64,000 nucleotides of DNA from Candidatus Omnitrophota bacterium (GCA_042571705.1 JBHPFV010000002.1:46822-110821); one strand, 5' to 3'; positions 17,072 to 28,381 are shown, numbered from the stretch's first letter. Numbers and translations: made by a program. The notes: generated by a model from the sequence alone, not told the origin.

Positions 17072-18431
17072 TTTTGTATAAATTGATATATTTTTTTGCC
17101 GAACTATCCCAGGAAAAATCGTAACCCATCACCCGCCGAATTAACTCAGGCCACTGTTGTTGCGGGCGCTGATACAATTCTTGGGCTCGGGCGATGGCTT
17201 TGAGCATCTGGGCCCCGGTATTTTTATGATAAACAAAACCATTGCTAACTCCTGAGCCGGGATCGTAATCGCTAACCGTATCGGCCAGACCCCCGGTCTG
17301 GTGCACAATCGGGATGGTCCCGTATTTAAAAGCGATCAACTGGCCCAACCCGCAAGGCTCATAAAAAGAAGGCATCAGAAAAAAATCGGATCCGGCATAA
17401 ATCTTATGCGCCAGCATTTCATCAAAGCGTAAATTGACTGAAAACCGGCCACTGAATTTTTTGCTGAGCTCCCCAAGCGATAGATGATACCTTTGTTCTC
17501 CGGTACCCAAAATCACCACTTGTAACTTCAAATCGAGCAGTTGTTCAATAGTGGAGATAACTAGTTCCATTCCCTTCTGTTCGGCTAAACGCCCGACCAT
17601 CCCGATCAGCGGCAGCTTTTGATCTGCAACTAATCCCAATTCGTCTTGCAGACCGAGTTTGTTAATGGCCTTATCGGCATAACTTTGCTCCCCATATCGC
17701 TGAAAGATTTTATCATCATTTTGCGGATCCCAGACTTTAGTGTCTAAACCGTTGATAATACCGATTAAATCTTTCTTACGGCCCCTTAAGACACCATCCA
17801 ATCCGCAGCCAAACTTTAAGGTCTGAATCTCCTCAGCGTAAGTCGGACTGACCGTAGTTAGAAAATCGGAAAAAACCAGTCCCCCTTTGAGCAGATTAAT
17901 CTTGCCGAAGAACTCCAGGCCGCGGATACTGAATAACTCTTTGTCCAAACCGGTCTGATCAAACTTATCTCTGGGGAAAAGACCCTGATAGGCCAGGTTA
18001 TGAATAGTAAATATTGTTTTTGTCCCGTTAAAAAAATGGTCATTAGCAAAAACTGTTTTTAAATAAACCGGGATCAGCGCCGTCTGCCAATCATTACAAT
18101 GGATTATATCCGGTTTAAAATCAGCCTGTTTAATTAATTCTAACGTCTTTTGACAAAAGAACGTAAACCGTTCTAAGTTATCCGGATGATCCCCTTGCTC
18201 TGTTCCGTATAATCCGGACCGGTCAAAATATTTTTCGTTTTCAATAAAATAGACCTCTATATTCTGGCCTAATTTTCCGGCCTTGTTTTGCAGACCGCGA
18301 TATTTAGGCAGGGCCACCTTAACTTGGCAGCCTAATTTTTCTAATGCTTCGGGCAAGGCCCCGCTGACATCAGCCAGACCGCCTGTTTTTGCAAAAGGAA
18401 ACACTTCACTGGAGCAGAATAAAATCTTCAT
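17046..18431 (-). CDS. glgA: glycogen synthase
   Basis: KTGGLADV, HCNDWQT, TIHNLAYQG, MPS.YEPCGL.Q. Confidence 0.96.
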   Translation of the reverse strand: MKILFCSSEVFPFAKTGGLADVSGALPEALEKLGCQVKVALPKYRGLQNKAGKLGQNIEVYFIENEKYFDRSGLYGTEQGDHPDNLERFTFFCQKTLELIKQADFKPDIIHCNDWQTALIPVYLKTVFANDHFFNGTKTIFTIHNLAYQGLFPRDKFDQTGLDKELFSIRGLEFFGKINLLKGGLVFSDFLTTVSPTYAEEIQTLKFGCGLDGVLRGRKKDLIGIINGLDTKVWDPQNDDKIFQRYGEQSYADKAINKLGLQDELGLVADQKLPLIGMVGRLAEQKGMELVISTIEQLLDLKLQVVILGTGEQRYHLSLGELSKKFSGRFSVNLRFDEMLAHKIYAGSDFFLMPSFYEPCGLGQLIAFKYGTIPIVHQTGGLADTVSDYDPGSGVSNGFVYHKNTGAQMLKAIARAQELYQRPQQQWPELIRRVMGYDFSWDSSAKKYINLYKNVLSGRQN

Positions 18432-21028
18432 TCCATATTTAACCAGTCTGGCCCGGTTTTAATCGCTACCTTGACCGGGACTTTTAATTTGATTACGTTC
18501 TCCATCTTGCTCGCAATCAACTCTTTAGCCAGATCCCGTTCCTCAGGCGGCAAAGAGAAGACTAGCTCATCGTGAACCTGAATAATCATTTTAGTTCCGG
18601 GGCATTGCTCTTTTAAGCTGCGATAGATTTCTATCATCGCCGCTTTAATCAAGTCGCTGGCTGAGCCTTGCACCGGGGCATTAATCGCCACCCGTTGAGC
18701 AAACTGGCGCACGTTCTCCTGCCGGCTTTTGATCTCAGGGATATAACGCCGGCGATTTAAAAGCGTAGTCACAAACCCGTTGCGCTGTGCCTTTTCAATC
18801 TGCCGCTGGATAAAGCTTTTCACTCCCGGATAGCGGTTAAAGTAGGACTCGATAAATTCCTGGGCCTGGGCTTGGTTAATCTTTAGGTCCCGGGCCAAGC
18901 CGAAAGCGCTGATGCCATAGATAATGCCAAAGTTAACCGTCTTGGCGGTATCGCGCATTTTTCGCGAGATCTCTTCTTGGGCCTGGCCAAAGATTAAAGA
19001 AGCCGTAAAGGCATGGATGTCTCGGTCTTGATTAAAAGCGCTGATTAGATTCTTATCTCCAGACAAATGGGCCAGGATTCTTAGTTCAATCTGCGAATAA
19101 TCTGCGGATAAAAGTAGATCGCCTTTTTGGCCGGGAATAAAGATTTGCCTGATGCTGGCGCCTAACGCAGTCTTAATCGGAATATTTTGTAAATTGGGAC
19201 CGCGCGAAGAAAGCCTTCCGGTAGCCGTGCCGGTTTGATTAAAAGAGGTGTGAATCCGGCCTGTGCGCGGATGCAAAAGCTTAAGCATCCCGTCAAGATA
19301 CGTAGATTTTAACTTCGAAATTTCTCTGAATTCCAAAAGTTGATCAGCAATCGGGTGCATCGCGCTAAGTTTCTTGAGTACTTCGGTATCGGTAGAAGCC
19401 CCGGTTTTGGTGCGTTTAATTTTAGGTAATTGTAATTTTTCAAACAGGACTACGCTCAATTGCTTAGGTGAATTAATATTGAACTCGGTTTCAGCCAGCG
19501 CGTAGATTTCTTTAGTTAATTTTTTTATTTTCTGATCAAACTTCTGCGCGGTTTGTAACAGCAGTTGTTTATCTAAGCAGACTCCCTGCTGCTCCATTTC
19601 CGCTAACACCGCAACTAAAGGAACTTCAGTATCCTTAAACAAAGCAAGCAGATTATTTTGCTTTAACTGCTGCTTAAGTATTTTACTCAATTTTAAGATG
19701 ATCGCAGCCAATTGCGGATTAAATCCGTCTGAGGATTGTTCCAGCCTGCGGTTAAGATACTCTAAGGCCAACTCACCCAAGCTATATGTTAATTTAGCGG
19801 GATTTAGTAAATAGGCGGCTAACATAGTGTCGAAGTCTATACCCCCAAGAGTAATGCCGTAGTTAGATAAGATTACCTTGGCGTATTTTAAATTATGCCC
19901 GATCTTTTGCACTGCAGCGCTTTCTAAAATTGGCTTAACTTTGGTAAAGAATGATTTTTGCGGCGTGAAACCAACGATCTCATTTTTTCCAAAAGCAAAG
20001 GCTATTCCGGTTATTTTAGCCAGCATCGGATTGGCTTGATCTGTCCCGAGATATAACCCTAAGCAATCACAGCGAGCAATCTTTGCTAAATTTTCATCTA
20101 CTTCTTTTTCATCAGAAACAATCTTATAATCGATCTTTTCCTCAAAATCTTGGGCCACATTTTGCATTAAGCCCTTGAATTCTAATTCCTTGAATATGCT
20201 AAACAGCCTTCGCTGGTCAGCTTCAACAAGCTCCAATTGTTTAAGCAGGGCTTGGGGCGGCCTTTGAATTAAGTCCGGAACCCTTAACTCAAGCTGGGCC
20301 AATTCTTTACTCATTTGGGCCTGCTGACTAAATTGTTTAATCTTTGCCGAGCGCGACTTATTTTTTATTTCATCTACTTTGGCCAGTACCTGATCCAAAG
20401 AGCCGAATTGCCTAATTAGCTCAACCGCGGTAGCCTCCCCAATCCCGGGCACTCCGGGAATATGATCAGTCTGATCACCGGCTAAGGCCATGATGTCCAC
20501 AACCTGTTCTGGGGCTACCCCATATTTTTGCTTGACCCACTCCGGTCCTAAGATTGTATTATCTTTGTGCGGATTAATTATTTTGATTGAATCGCCGACA
20601 ATTTGCAGGATATCCTTATCTCCGGTCACGATAAACACATCTTGCTTAGGTCCGCAGAGCATCTTAGCCAAAGTAGCAATCACATCATCGGCCTCGTATC
20701 CTTGCTGCTCGAAAACAGAAATATGATAAGCGCCCAGGACCTTTTTGACCACCGGCAGCTGGATACTTAAGTCATCCGGCATGGGTTTGCGGTGGATCTT
20801 ATAGTCGGCATATCTTTGATGGCGAAAAGTAGGCCCTTTTAGATCGAAAGCCACCCCCAGGTACTCCGGCCGATGTTCGGCAATTAGCTTGTTGAGCATG
20901 GTGATGAAACCATAAACCGCGTTAGTCGGCATACCCTTAGAGGTAGCCAGCCCTTTAATAGCGTAAAATGCACGGTAACAGAAGGAATTACCGTCAATCA
21001 GAAAAACTTTTTTCTTCATGGAATCCAT
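18428..21028 (-). CDS. polA: DNA polymerase I
   Basis: LIDGNS..YRAFYA, YEADD, TGRLSS..PNLQNIP, ADYSQIELR, QVHDEL; start may be the ATG at 21019. Confidence 0.97.
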   Translation of the reverse strand: MDSMKKKVFLIDGNSFCYRAFYAIKGLATSKGMPTNAVYGFITMLNKLIAEHRPEYLGVAFDLKGPTFRHQRYADYKIHRKPMPDDLSIQLPVVKKVLGAYHISVFEQQGYEADDVIATLAKMLCGPKQDVFIVTGDKDILQIVGDSIKIINPHKDNTILGPEWVKQKYGVAPEQVVDIMALAGDQTDHIPGVPGIGEATAVELIRQFGSLDQVLAKVDEIKNKSRSAKIKQFSQQAQMSKELAQLELRVPDLIQRPPQALLKQLELVEADQRRLFSIFKELEFKGLMQNVAQDFEEKIDYKIVSDEKEVDENLAKIARCDCLGLYLGTDQANPMLAKITGIAFAFGKNEIVGFTPQKSFFTKVKPILESAAVQKIGHNLKYAKVILSNYGITLGGIDFDTMLAAYLLNPAKLTYSLGELALEYLNRRLEQSSDGFNPQLAAIILKLSKILKQQLKQNNLLALFKDTEVPLVAVLAEMEQQGVCLDKQLLLQTAQKFDQKIKKLTKEIYALAETEFNINSPKQLSVVLFEKLQLPKIKRTKTGASTDTEVLKKLSAMHPIADQLLEFREISKLKSTYLDGMLKLLHPRTGRIHTSFNQTGTATGRLSSRGPNLQNIPIKTALGASIRQIFIPGQKGDLLLSADYSQIELRILAHLSGDKNLISAFNQDRDIHAFTASLIFGQAQEEISRKMRDTAKTVNFGIIYGISAFGLARDLKINQAQAQEFIESYFNRYPGVKSFIQRQIEKAQRNGFVTTLLNRRRYIPEIKSRQENVRQFAQRVAINAPVQGSASDLIKAAMIEIYRSLKEQCPGTKMIIQVHDELVFSLPPEERDLAKELIASKMENVIKLKVPVKVAIKTGPDWLNME

Positions 21029-21051
21029 TATTAGGAATTGCGACTGAGGGG

Positions 21052-21735
21052 TTATTCAGTGAAAGGCAACGTATCGATCATCTTCTGGAAATACTCGGAT
21101 GTCTTTTGAAAATCTCCGGCACGGTAAAACTGCATCCCTTCGATGTAATAATCCTGAATCAACTCTTCCTTGGTTTTATATCTTCTGGTCCCCAAGATTT
21201 GATCAAAGGCCTGGGTTTCTTTATCTTGGGCTAATTTTCGGGAGAGGTCTTTGGCCTCTTCCTCTTCCAGTTCATCCGGAGCAAATTGTTTTAATTTTAG
21301 GCGTGCTTTAATCCGTCCGGGATCGGTTGGCGCACCCAGACGCAACCTTTGTTTCCAATAATATACTGCTTTATCGAACCGACCCTGCCTTTGATAAAAA
21401 AGACCTAAATTGTAATGCGCCGGGGCATATTTCTGATTAGCCTCGATAGCCTGTAAATATTGCTGTTCAGCCTGTTCAAACTGGCCCGTCTTTTCGTAAC
21501 ATATTGCCAGGCCGTTATATGCGGCTGCATTAGCAGAGTCTATTCCGATTGCCTTTTTATAAAATTGGATGGCCTGCTTAAGCTGACCTTGCTCTTGAGC
21601 TTGTTCAGCTTTAAAGCGATATTCTTCGGCCTGTTGAATCAAATACGCCCAGCTAATATCGCTTCTAGAAAAAATCGTGATAAACGAGAAAAGGATCGCA
21701 AAAAGCAGGACCTTTACGGAAGGGCTTTTCTTCAT
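21052..21735 (-). CDS. exported TPR protein
   Basis: N-terminal hydrophobic segment; TPR repeats (AYNGLA, AHYNLG). Confidence 0.8.
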   Translation of the reverse strand: MKKSPSVKVLLFAILFSFITIFSRSDISWAYLIQQAEEYRFKAEQAQEQGQLKQAIQFYKKAIGIDSANAAAYNGLAICYEKTGQFEQAEQQYLQAIEANQKYAPAHYNLGLFYQRQGRFDKAVYYWKQRLRLGAPTDPGRIKARLKLKQFAPDELEEEEAKDLSRKLAQDKETQAFDQILGTRRYKTKEELIQDYYIEGMQFYRAGDFQKTSEYFQKMIDTLPFTE

Positions 21736-21746
21736 TAACTTGTCTT

Positions 21747-21776
21747 AACATACCATAAAATAAGGACTCAGGTCAA
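21747..21776 (-). promoter_or_regulatory. sigma70-like promoter for the TPR-polA-glgA-coaE-rho run
   Basis: TTGACC-18 bp-TATGTT with an extended TG. Confidence 0.5.
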
Positions 21777-21779
21777 GAA

Positions 21780-22598
21780 CTATTTTGACAGCCTTTCCCA
21801 GGGAAGCAACGGCTCAACCGCGTAGCCCGCTAACCCAATCTCCTGCCTCAATAAGCTCATTCGGTCCTCTGGATCAGGGTGACTAGATAAGAATTTTAAA
21901 AAATGCGGCAGCTCCCTTTTTTCCTCTAAACGCTCTAAAAAATCCAGGGCTCCTCCCACGTGTCCGTATTTATGGTGCAAAAGCTTCAAGGCGAAGCTGT
22001 CTGCTGCCGCTTCTTGCTGCCGGGAAAATCTAAGATCAGCAGTCAATAATGTCCGCTGAGTAAAATCGGCTATTGCGCTATCGGCGCCGAAAACAATACC
22101 GGAAATAAATACCAGCACTAATCCCCGGCCTAAACCGCGCAAATGGTCGCGCTGGGCAAAATGACCCAACTCATGCGCTAAGACCATCGCCAATTCATTC
22201 TCTGAATTGACCTCCTCAAGCAAGCCGGAAAACACTAAAATATAATTTCCGGGTATGGCCAGGGCATTGATATCCGGACTTTGATGAATCCGCACAGTAA
22301 ACCGAGTTGAATCGTCCGGATAATACTGGGTCAGCTCGTCCAAAAGCAACTGGAGTTTTGATTGTTCCGGATCCGGCTCCTCACTTTGCAGTCGATAGAC
22401 GCCGGCAAACACTCCGCCGGCGGCCTGCTCGAGCTTCTCGGGCATCCTGGCAATCAAGACATCCAAGGCCTGGCCTAAAACAATGTAGACTACTAGAACA
22501 ACGCCCAGAATCCCGGTTAGCAAAACAAACAATTCCCGTAACGGAGAACTGCGCGAAACATTGACATTCTCTTTTATAATTTTAGGCGTAAATCTCAT
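21780..22598 (-). CDS. M48 family zinc metallopeptidase
   Basis: NALAIPG, VLAHELGH, FSRQQE..AD, LSSHP. Confidence 0.9.
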   Translation of the reverse strand: MRFTPKIIKENVNVSRSSPLRELFVLLTGILGVVLVVYIVLGQALDVLIARMPEKLEQAAGGVFAGVYRLQSEEPDPEQSKLQLLLDELTQYYPDDSTRFTVRIHQSPDINALAIPGNYILVFSGLLEEVNSENELAMVLAHELGHFAQRDHLRGLGRGLVLVFISGIVFGADSAIADFTQRTLLTADLRFSRQQEAAADSFALKLLHHKYGHVGGALDFLERLEEKRELPHFLKFLSSHPDPEDRMSLLRQEIGLAGYAVEPLLPWERLSK

Positions 22599-22599
22599 T

Positions 22600-23070
22600 T
22601 TACCATTTTCGATTTAACTTCACAGCTGTTCCGTAAGCCAAAATCTCAAAACAACCCACGCTGTCCTTCTTTTTTGATACTGTGCCAATCCCGGAAGTCT
22701 CAAAACGCATGTTAATTATCATATCCGCGCCCTGATTCTTGGCCGCTTGCTTCATCCGTAAGATTGCCTCTCTTCTACCCCGATCAAGTAGAGTCTCATA
22801 GGATTTAATTCTGCCCCCGACAATCTTGCGTAAGCCGGCCAGGAAGCGTTTAAAATAGTCAAGGGAGATAACTACCGAACCAGTTACCAATCTGCTCTGC
22901 GCGATCAGGCCTTTGTCTTCAATATCTTTACTAGTTACTACGGGCATTCTAATGAATTCCATCTCTTTTGTCTCCAGCTGCTGATAATGGGCTCGCTCGA
23001 TCATGTTCCCGGCAAAATATCCCAGACTGATAAAAAAGAGAAAATATATAAAATAACCCAAACTCTCCAT
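22600..23070 (-). CDS. YbjQ/UPF0145 family protein with an N-terminal TM helix
   Basis: GG.IKSYE.LLDRGRREAILRM, AYGTAV. Confidence 0.85.
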   Translation of the reverse strand: MESLGYFIYFLFFISLGYFAGNMIERAHYQQLETKEMEFIRMPVVTSKDIEDKGLIAQSRLVTGSVVISLDYFKRFLAGLRKIVGGRIKSYETLLDRGRREAILRMKQAAKNQGADMIINMRFETSGIGTVSKKKDSVGCFEILAYGTAVKLNRKW

Positions 23071-23090
23071 TAGTCTTAGACTCCTTAGTT

Positions 23091-23405
23091 TTAGGCGACT
23101 TTGACCGCGGTACCGTAAGCCATCAGTTCGGCAGCACCTTGTGTAATAGCGGCAGTAGCAAAGCGGACATTAATCACGGCATTAGCGCCCATCATCTCGG
23201 CCTGTTTGTTCATCCGCTCCAGGGCCTCAGCCCGGGCCTCTTCTAAAAGCTTTGTATATCCCCGCAATTCTCCCCCGACAAGATTCTTCAGTCCCGCGGC
23301 AATGTCAGCCCCGGCGTGCCTGGCCCGCACGGTGCTGCCCTGGACTACGCCAAAATGCTCGATTATCTTTTTCTCCGGCACAGAGTCAATGTTAGTGACT
23401 ATCAT
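23091..23405 (-). CDS. YbjQ/UPF0145 family protein
   Basis: GLKNLVGGELRGYT.LL..AR..A..RM, GANAVINVRF, AYGTAV. Confidence 0.9.
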   Translation of the reverse strand: MIVTNIDSVPEKKIIEHFGVVQGSTVRARHAGADIAAGLKNLVGGELRGYTKLLEEARAEALERMNKQAEMMGANAVINVRFATAAITQGAAELMAYGTAVKVA

Positions 23406-23441
23406 TCTTCACCCCCTCCCCCTTTTCGGTGTTGCTGGTGG

Positions 23442-24998
23442 CTACCTTTTCTTTAAATGCGCTGAGAAGAAGCCCCCGGTTAAAGCATCGATATTGGCTG
23501 TTAATTCTGCCAGCCTTAATGCGCGACCTAAGGCTTCTAGATCAGCTTGTGGTGATTTTCGGACCAACTCACTCTTCAGCTTGAGTCTGGCGTAATATAA
23601 TCTAGTAATCTCATTAAGAATGTCATCACGCAATTGAATCATTAAACGGGCATTGCTATCAATCAGCCTGACCTGTTCATTGAACACTAAATCGCCGATA
23701 TCCCAGGAAAATGAGAACCCCCAGTCGTAAGGACCGATATAATATCTATCCGAGCCGCTATCGTAAGTTACAGTCTTATCATAATCTATGTCGAAGTCCG
23801 GAAGCAGCGCCTTAAGCTTTGCGTTGCGGCGTAAAGTTTTAATTCTTTCCGGGCGGACCACTTCGGCATACCTTAAAGCCGCTTGTTGCACTTGTTGAAT
23901 CGTTGGTTCGCCTGGCGCGATCTCTGCCAGCAGGCGCTTAATTGGCTCCGGTTCAGCCAATTTTTGCCTTTGGGGCTGCTTAATTTTTAATACGCCGCTG
24001 TTTGTGGCCGCAAATAACTGCTGGCTCTGGCGCAGAATAGCCAAACTATGGGCCTGAAACGCCTTGTTTCCCTGATAAATTTGCACCCAGTGATCCGGCT
24101 CAGGGGAAAATCCATATACACCGTCAGACCCGGCTGCGTATAAGGTGTAATTTAAGTTTTCAGCCAAAATGATGTAGTTAATATAATCATCCCTTAGACC
24201 TGAGTCAGAGAGCTTTTGCCAGGACTCCCCCTGGTCTAAAGATGAATAGACACCGCGGCCTGTTGCTATAAAAACTGAATTAAGCTCTTGGCTATCGATA
24301 GCTATGGAGTTAATTAATCCCTGATTCTCGTTAGCCAGCTCAGGATCTTCTTCTGTATCCTCAGCGGCGCGGAAGCTAGTCAGGTATAATCTTTGCCAAG
24401 TTTTTCCATAATCTTTTGATCGGTACAGGCCGTAGCTGTTAGCTAAATATAAGATCTGAGGATCAAGCGGGTGGACAACAATAGTTCTTACTCCCGCTTC
24501 GGGTAAGCCGCGATTAAGTTTAGTCCAGCTGAGCCCCAAATCATAAGAGGCGTATAAGCCGTTAGCGGTTCCAACATAGAGGGCTTTTTGGTCAGTAAAA
24601 TCATAGGCAATCCAATTAACAAGATTGGCCGATTCGTTTGGCCGGCTAAAGATTTTACGCCAGCTGGCGCCCTGATCCGCGGTGGCGTAAACCCCTTTTG
24701 ATGTAGCCAGGTAAATTGTTTTGGGACCGTCCGGGCTGAAGGAGATAAAATTAATTTTTCCGGTTTGGGCCCTTAAAGAAAAAATCTCATCCCAAACCTG
24801 ACCTTGATTATGCGACAAATACGCAGCTGTAGCGCTGGCGGCGCAGATCAACTCACTATTCCCGGGGCAAATCGAGATCGAGACAATATCGGCGTTGGTT
24901 AACCCGGTATTTAGTGACTGCCACTGGCTCTGCGCGGATACAGCCGGGGCCAAGAAAAACAACATCAAAACAACAATTAAACAAATATCCCTATTCAT
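23442..24998 (-). CDS. secreted BNR/Asp-box beta-propeller protein with a helical C-terminal domain
   Basis: signal peptide; repeated S.D.G.(S/T)W boxes; C-terminal helical region. Confidence 0.75.
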   Translation of the reverse strand: MNRDICLIVVLMLFFLAPAVSAQSQWQSLNTGLTNADIVSISICPGNSELICAASATAAYLSHNQGQVWDEIFSLRAQTGKINFISFSPDGPKTIYLATSKGVYATADQGASWRKIFSRPNESANLVNWIAYDFTDQKALYVGTANGLYASYDLGLSWTKLNRGLPEAGVRTIVVHPLDPQILYLANSYGLYRSKDYGKTWQRLYLTSFRAAEDTEEDPELANENQGLINSIAIDSQELNSVFIATGRGVYSSLDQGESWQKLSDSGLRDDYINYIILAENLNYTLYAAGSDGVYGFSPEPDHWVQIYQGNKAFQAHSLAILRQSQQLFAATNSGVLKIKQPQRQKLAEPEPIKRLLAEIAPGEPTIQQVQQAALRYAEVVRPERIKTLRRNAKLKALLPDFDIDYDKTVTYDSGSDRYYIGPYDWGFSFSWDIGDLVFNEQVRLIDSNARLMIQLRDDILNEITRLYYARLKLKSELVRKSPQADLEALGRALRLAELTANIDALTGGFFSAHLKKR

Positions 24999-25078
24999 TT
25001 GCCTTCCCCCAAAATCTGTCTATGGCATCGCTTAACATCAGTTATCCTCGGCCCGCATAATCAAATCAGCAACTACCA

Positions 25079-25405
25079 TTAAATCTTTTGCCTCACCTCC
25101 TTAATCTTTTTTTCTTGCCAAAATTCCGTGGCCTTTCTGGACTCAAAGTAAATTTTCGAAAGCAGGCTATGAAATTGCGCCAGAGTCATATTCCCCGCAA
25201 TTTGCCGCTTGTTGATTACTCTTTTAAGTACCTGATCATTTATTTTGGTTCTGTACTTAGGAAAAGCCAAACGCGTGGCATAGATAATATCTAAACAGAG
25301 CGCCATTCTGATCATCTCCGAGAAACTAACGTCATATTTCTTAGCCACTAACTTATAGTGATCGGCCTGCCAATCATTCAAAAGTATCTGATATCTTCCC
25401 AACAT
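25079..25405 (-). CDS. hypothetical protein with a ribbon-helix-helix-like N-terminus
   Basis: RYQILL...VAKKYDVSFSEMIRMAL resembles RHH; good RBS. Confidence 0.6.
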   Translation of the reverse strand: MLGRYQILLNDWQADHYKLVAKKYDVSFSEMIRMALCLDIIYATRLAFPKYRTKINDQVLKRVINKRQIAGNMTLAQFHSLLSKIYFESRKATEFWQEKKIKEVRQKI

Positions 25406-25421
25406 CCTTGATCCCTCCTGG

Positions 25422-25967
25422 TTATTTGATTTTTTCTATTAGTTTTAACTTTTCTCGGCGCACAATTTCCGCGGTCCGCTTTTCCTCGATGCGTAAAGAA
25501 CTGAGTGAGTTAGTCTGGATATATCGTAAGTCAACGTTAGCTATCTCACCGCTCCAGTAAAACCTAACCCAATCTTGTTCGTGCTGTTGCAGATGCGTCT
25601 GGCCGAATTCTTCGACTAAACCCTTTTTTAGATACTTAAAATTTGCCTCGCCCTTGCTGTAAATGGTTACGGCATAGAATTTATTTTTCCAAAAATAATA
25701 GTCGATGTTCTCAACTTGGGCCTGGCCCAAATCCAGGCGCTCTTCCTTTTTTCGATACTTTATATCCCGCTTATCGATCTCAAAATTGAGATAGTTCAGT
25801 TCAGGCCAAAGTTGATGATAATCAGCGCCCCATTCATAACCTCTAAACCCTAAAGGTTCGGATCCGGGTTTAAATCTAAATTGAGGCTGTTCAGCTTTTT
25901 CTTGGGCGCAGCCAAAATTGAGCAACAAGCTCAAAACCAAAATAATCAGCGATATTTTACTGGACAT
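25422..25967 (-). CDS. hypothetical lipoprotein
   Basis: signal peptide ending in NFGC (lipobox-like); GFRGYEWG motif. Confidence 0.7.
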   Translation of the reverse strand: MSSKISLIILVLSLLLNFGCAQEKAEQPQFRFKPGSEPLGFRGYEWGADYHQLWPELNYLNFEIDKRDIKYRKKEERLDLGQAQVENIDYYFWKNKFYAVTIYSKGEANFKYLKKGLVEEFGQTHLQQHEQDWVRFYWSGEIANVDLRYIQTNSLSSLRIEEKRTAEIVRREKLKLIEKIK

Positions 25968-28381
25968 TATTTCAGTTCTTCAATTTTTTCCCGGGCCAAT
26001 TCCGCGGCCATGGTTTGCGGATATAAGTAACAGACTTTCAGGTATTCATCCAAGGCTTGGACCAAGTCGCCTTGATCCTGCCAGCTGCGGGCAATCGCAA
26101 ATTGTATTTGCGCATTAAGGTCTGCGCTGTCTGAGCCTAAGGCCTTGCTGAACGCCTGGATTGCCAGCGCGAACTGTTTTTGCCCCTGATAGATTTCACC
26201 TATTTTCTTATAGGCTAAATGACTAAATTCGCTCTCTGCGAATTCTGAGCTAATTTTTTTATAAACCTGCTCGGCCTGGCTAAAATCATTTTGGGAACCT
26301 AAGAGATCCCCTTGTAAAAGTAGCGCTTGAGCCCGCAGGTCACTATTAGGAAACTCGGTTTGAAAATTGTCCAAAACTTCTAAGGCCTGCTTGGGTTGTT
26401 GATTTTTGAAAAATATTTTTGCCTGCAAGAAACTAGCCTGATCACCCAATTGATGATAGGGAAAGTCCTCTTCAATGTTGTCGAGGTAAGTTAATGCTTG
26501 ATCAAATTGATTTTGCCGGTAATAGTGCTGGGCCAGCCAAAACATTACCTCAGCGGCTAATTCTGTTTGGGGATATAACTCTAAGAATCTCTCGAATTCC
26601 TTAATTGCCTTCTCCTGCTTACCAAGTTGATACAAACAAAATCCGCTCTGATAATGGGCCTTGATCTTTAACTTCTCTTCAGGGCTCCTAGCCTGTTTGA
26701 TTACTTTGCGGAATACATCTAAAGCCTGGGCATATTCGGCATTGTTGTAAAAGGTATAGGCCCGTAAAAACATGATCTGTGTTTTTAGCTGACTGGAGGC
26801 CAGCTCCAGGCTTAAGGAATCTAACTGTACTTTTGCTTTGTCTAGTTTGCCTAATCGAAAATAAGTCGCGGCTATTTGATAACGGGCCTGGTCTAAGAAT
26901 TTACTTTCTGGAAAGTTATTGATTAAGGTGTTGAAGGCCAATATCGCGCTGTCAAACTTGTTGTCTTTGGTTAAGGCTACTCCCAGTTGATACTGGGCGT
27001 AATCGGCATAATAGGAATTCGCAAAATCCGCTAAGACTGAGTCGTAATATTTTAAGGCCTGCTCAATATTGCCCTGCTCTAGATAAATATCGCCGATCCT
27101 GGTCAAGGCGCCACTTTGCAGAAAGCGGCCTTGAGCATCTTTAAATACCCGTTCAAATTGCTCGATAGCTTCAGCGTATTTTTTGCCCCGGGCATAGGAC
27201 CAGCCTAAATTATAGCGCAGGTGATCCAGCAGCTCAGTGGATAAGTCCTCTTGCTCGTGGATAGCTGAGATATCCTCAACTTGACTGTAGGCCGGCTTGC
27301 CGGGTTCGAATTTCTTAATCGCCTCTTCGTAGGTACGGCCGGCTTGCTCGAATTGTCCCAGCTCAAAAAGGGCATCGCCTTTCCAAAAGTAGGCGTCATC
27401 AGACCACGCTGAATGCGCAAAGTCACTAATCAATTGCTCATAGAGGTTGATTGCCTGTTCAAAATTATCTAAGTGGGCCTGGCACCGGGCCAAAGCAAAG
27501 ATTAAGGAATCGGCCAAAGCCGGACTGAAGTCAGGCGAGGCCTTTAGGCCCTCAAAAAACTGTTGGGCCTGTTCATACTCCTTTAACTTCAAATAGGCCC
27601 AACCAGTGCTATAGTTGGCATATCCGGCTACCTTGTCTTTGGGCGAAATTTCCACCGCTTGAGCGTAAAAATCAATAGCCTTTTTGAAATTACCCAAGAT
27701 GTATTCTATCTCACCCAAGAAATAAAACGCCGCATTCAGCCGTGTAGATTCAGAGAAATTTCTGGCAAACAATTTGAACTCTTTATAGGCCTGGGAATAA
27801 TTCTTGGAATTATAAAAACACTGGGCAATCCGAAAAGCGCTTTGCTCTTTCAGCTGGTGATTAGAAAACTTCTGATTGAATTCCCGGTAAAGTTCAAGGG
27901 CCCGGGTAAATTCACGGCGTTTATAATAACAAGAAGCCCGATAATAGCGGCTTTGCGGCAGAAATTCAGAATCCGGATAGCGCTCAATTAGGGCTTCAAA
28001 AGAATGCAGCGCGTTCTCATAATCATTAGCCCGAAAATAGGTTTGTGCTGTCCAGTAAATGATTTGCTCAGCCAGGCCTGCTTCTCTGCTGAGTTGGCTA
28101 AGCTCAGCGAATATTTGCAATGATTCGCTAAACTGCTCCAGATTCATCTGGCAACGGCCGATCAGAATATTGACTTCGTTTTTATTTTCAGCCTGGGGAT
28201 TTTCTTGTAAATATTGCTGAAAATGCTTCAAGGCAATTTCGAAAAATCCATCAGCAAAGGCTTTATTGGCCAAATATAAATCTTCTGAAGTTTGCTGTTC
28301 TGTTTGGGCAAAAAGCGCACTCGTGGGCATAGCCAATAAAAGTGCGGCCAACAACCCGATCCACGCTCTGGCCTTAAGCAT
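25967..28381 (-). CDS. large exported TPR protein (BamD/CpoB-like repeats)
   Basis: signal peptide; many TPRs with (F/Y)P.S motifs. Confidence 0.85.
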   Translation of the reverse strand: MLKARAWIGLLAALLLAMPTSALFAQTEQQTSEDLYLANKAFADGFFEIALKHFQQYLQENPQAENKNEVNILIGRCQMNLEQFSESLQIFAELSQLSREAGLAEQIIYWTAQTYFRANDYENALHSFEALIERYPDSEFLPQSRYYRASCYYKRREFTRALELYREFNQKFSNHQLKEQSAFRIAQCFYNSKNYSQAYKEFKLFARNFSESTRLNAAFYFLGEIEYILGNFKKAIDFYAQAVEISPKDKVAGYANYSTGWAYLKLKEYEQAQQFFEGLKASPDFSPALADSLIFALARCQAHLDNFEQAINLYEQLISDFAHSAWSDDAYFWKGDALFELGQFEQAGRTYEEAIKKFEPGKPAYSQVEDISAIHEQEDLSTELLDHLRYNLGWSYARGKKYAEAIEQFERVFKDAQGRFLQSGALTRIGDIYLEQGNIEQALKYYDSVLADFANSYYADYAQYQLGVALTKDNKFDSAILAFNTLINNFPESKFLDQARYQIAATYFRLGKLDKAKVQLDSLSLELASSQLKTQIMFLRAYTFYNNAEYAQALDVFRKVIKQARSPEEKLKIKAHYQSGFCLYQLGKQEKAIKEFERFLELYPQTELAAEVMFWLAQHYYRQNQFDQALTYLDNIEEDFPYHQLGDQASFLQAKIFFKNQQPKQALEVLDNFQTEFPNSDLRAQALLLQGDLLGSQNDFSQAEQVYKKISSEFAESEFSHLAYKKIGEIYQGQKQFALAIQAFSKALGSDSADLNAQIQFAIARSWQDQGDLVQALDEYLKVCYLYPQTMAAELAREKIEELK

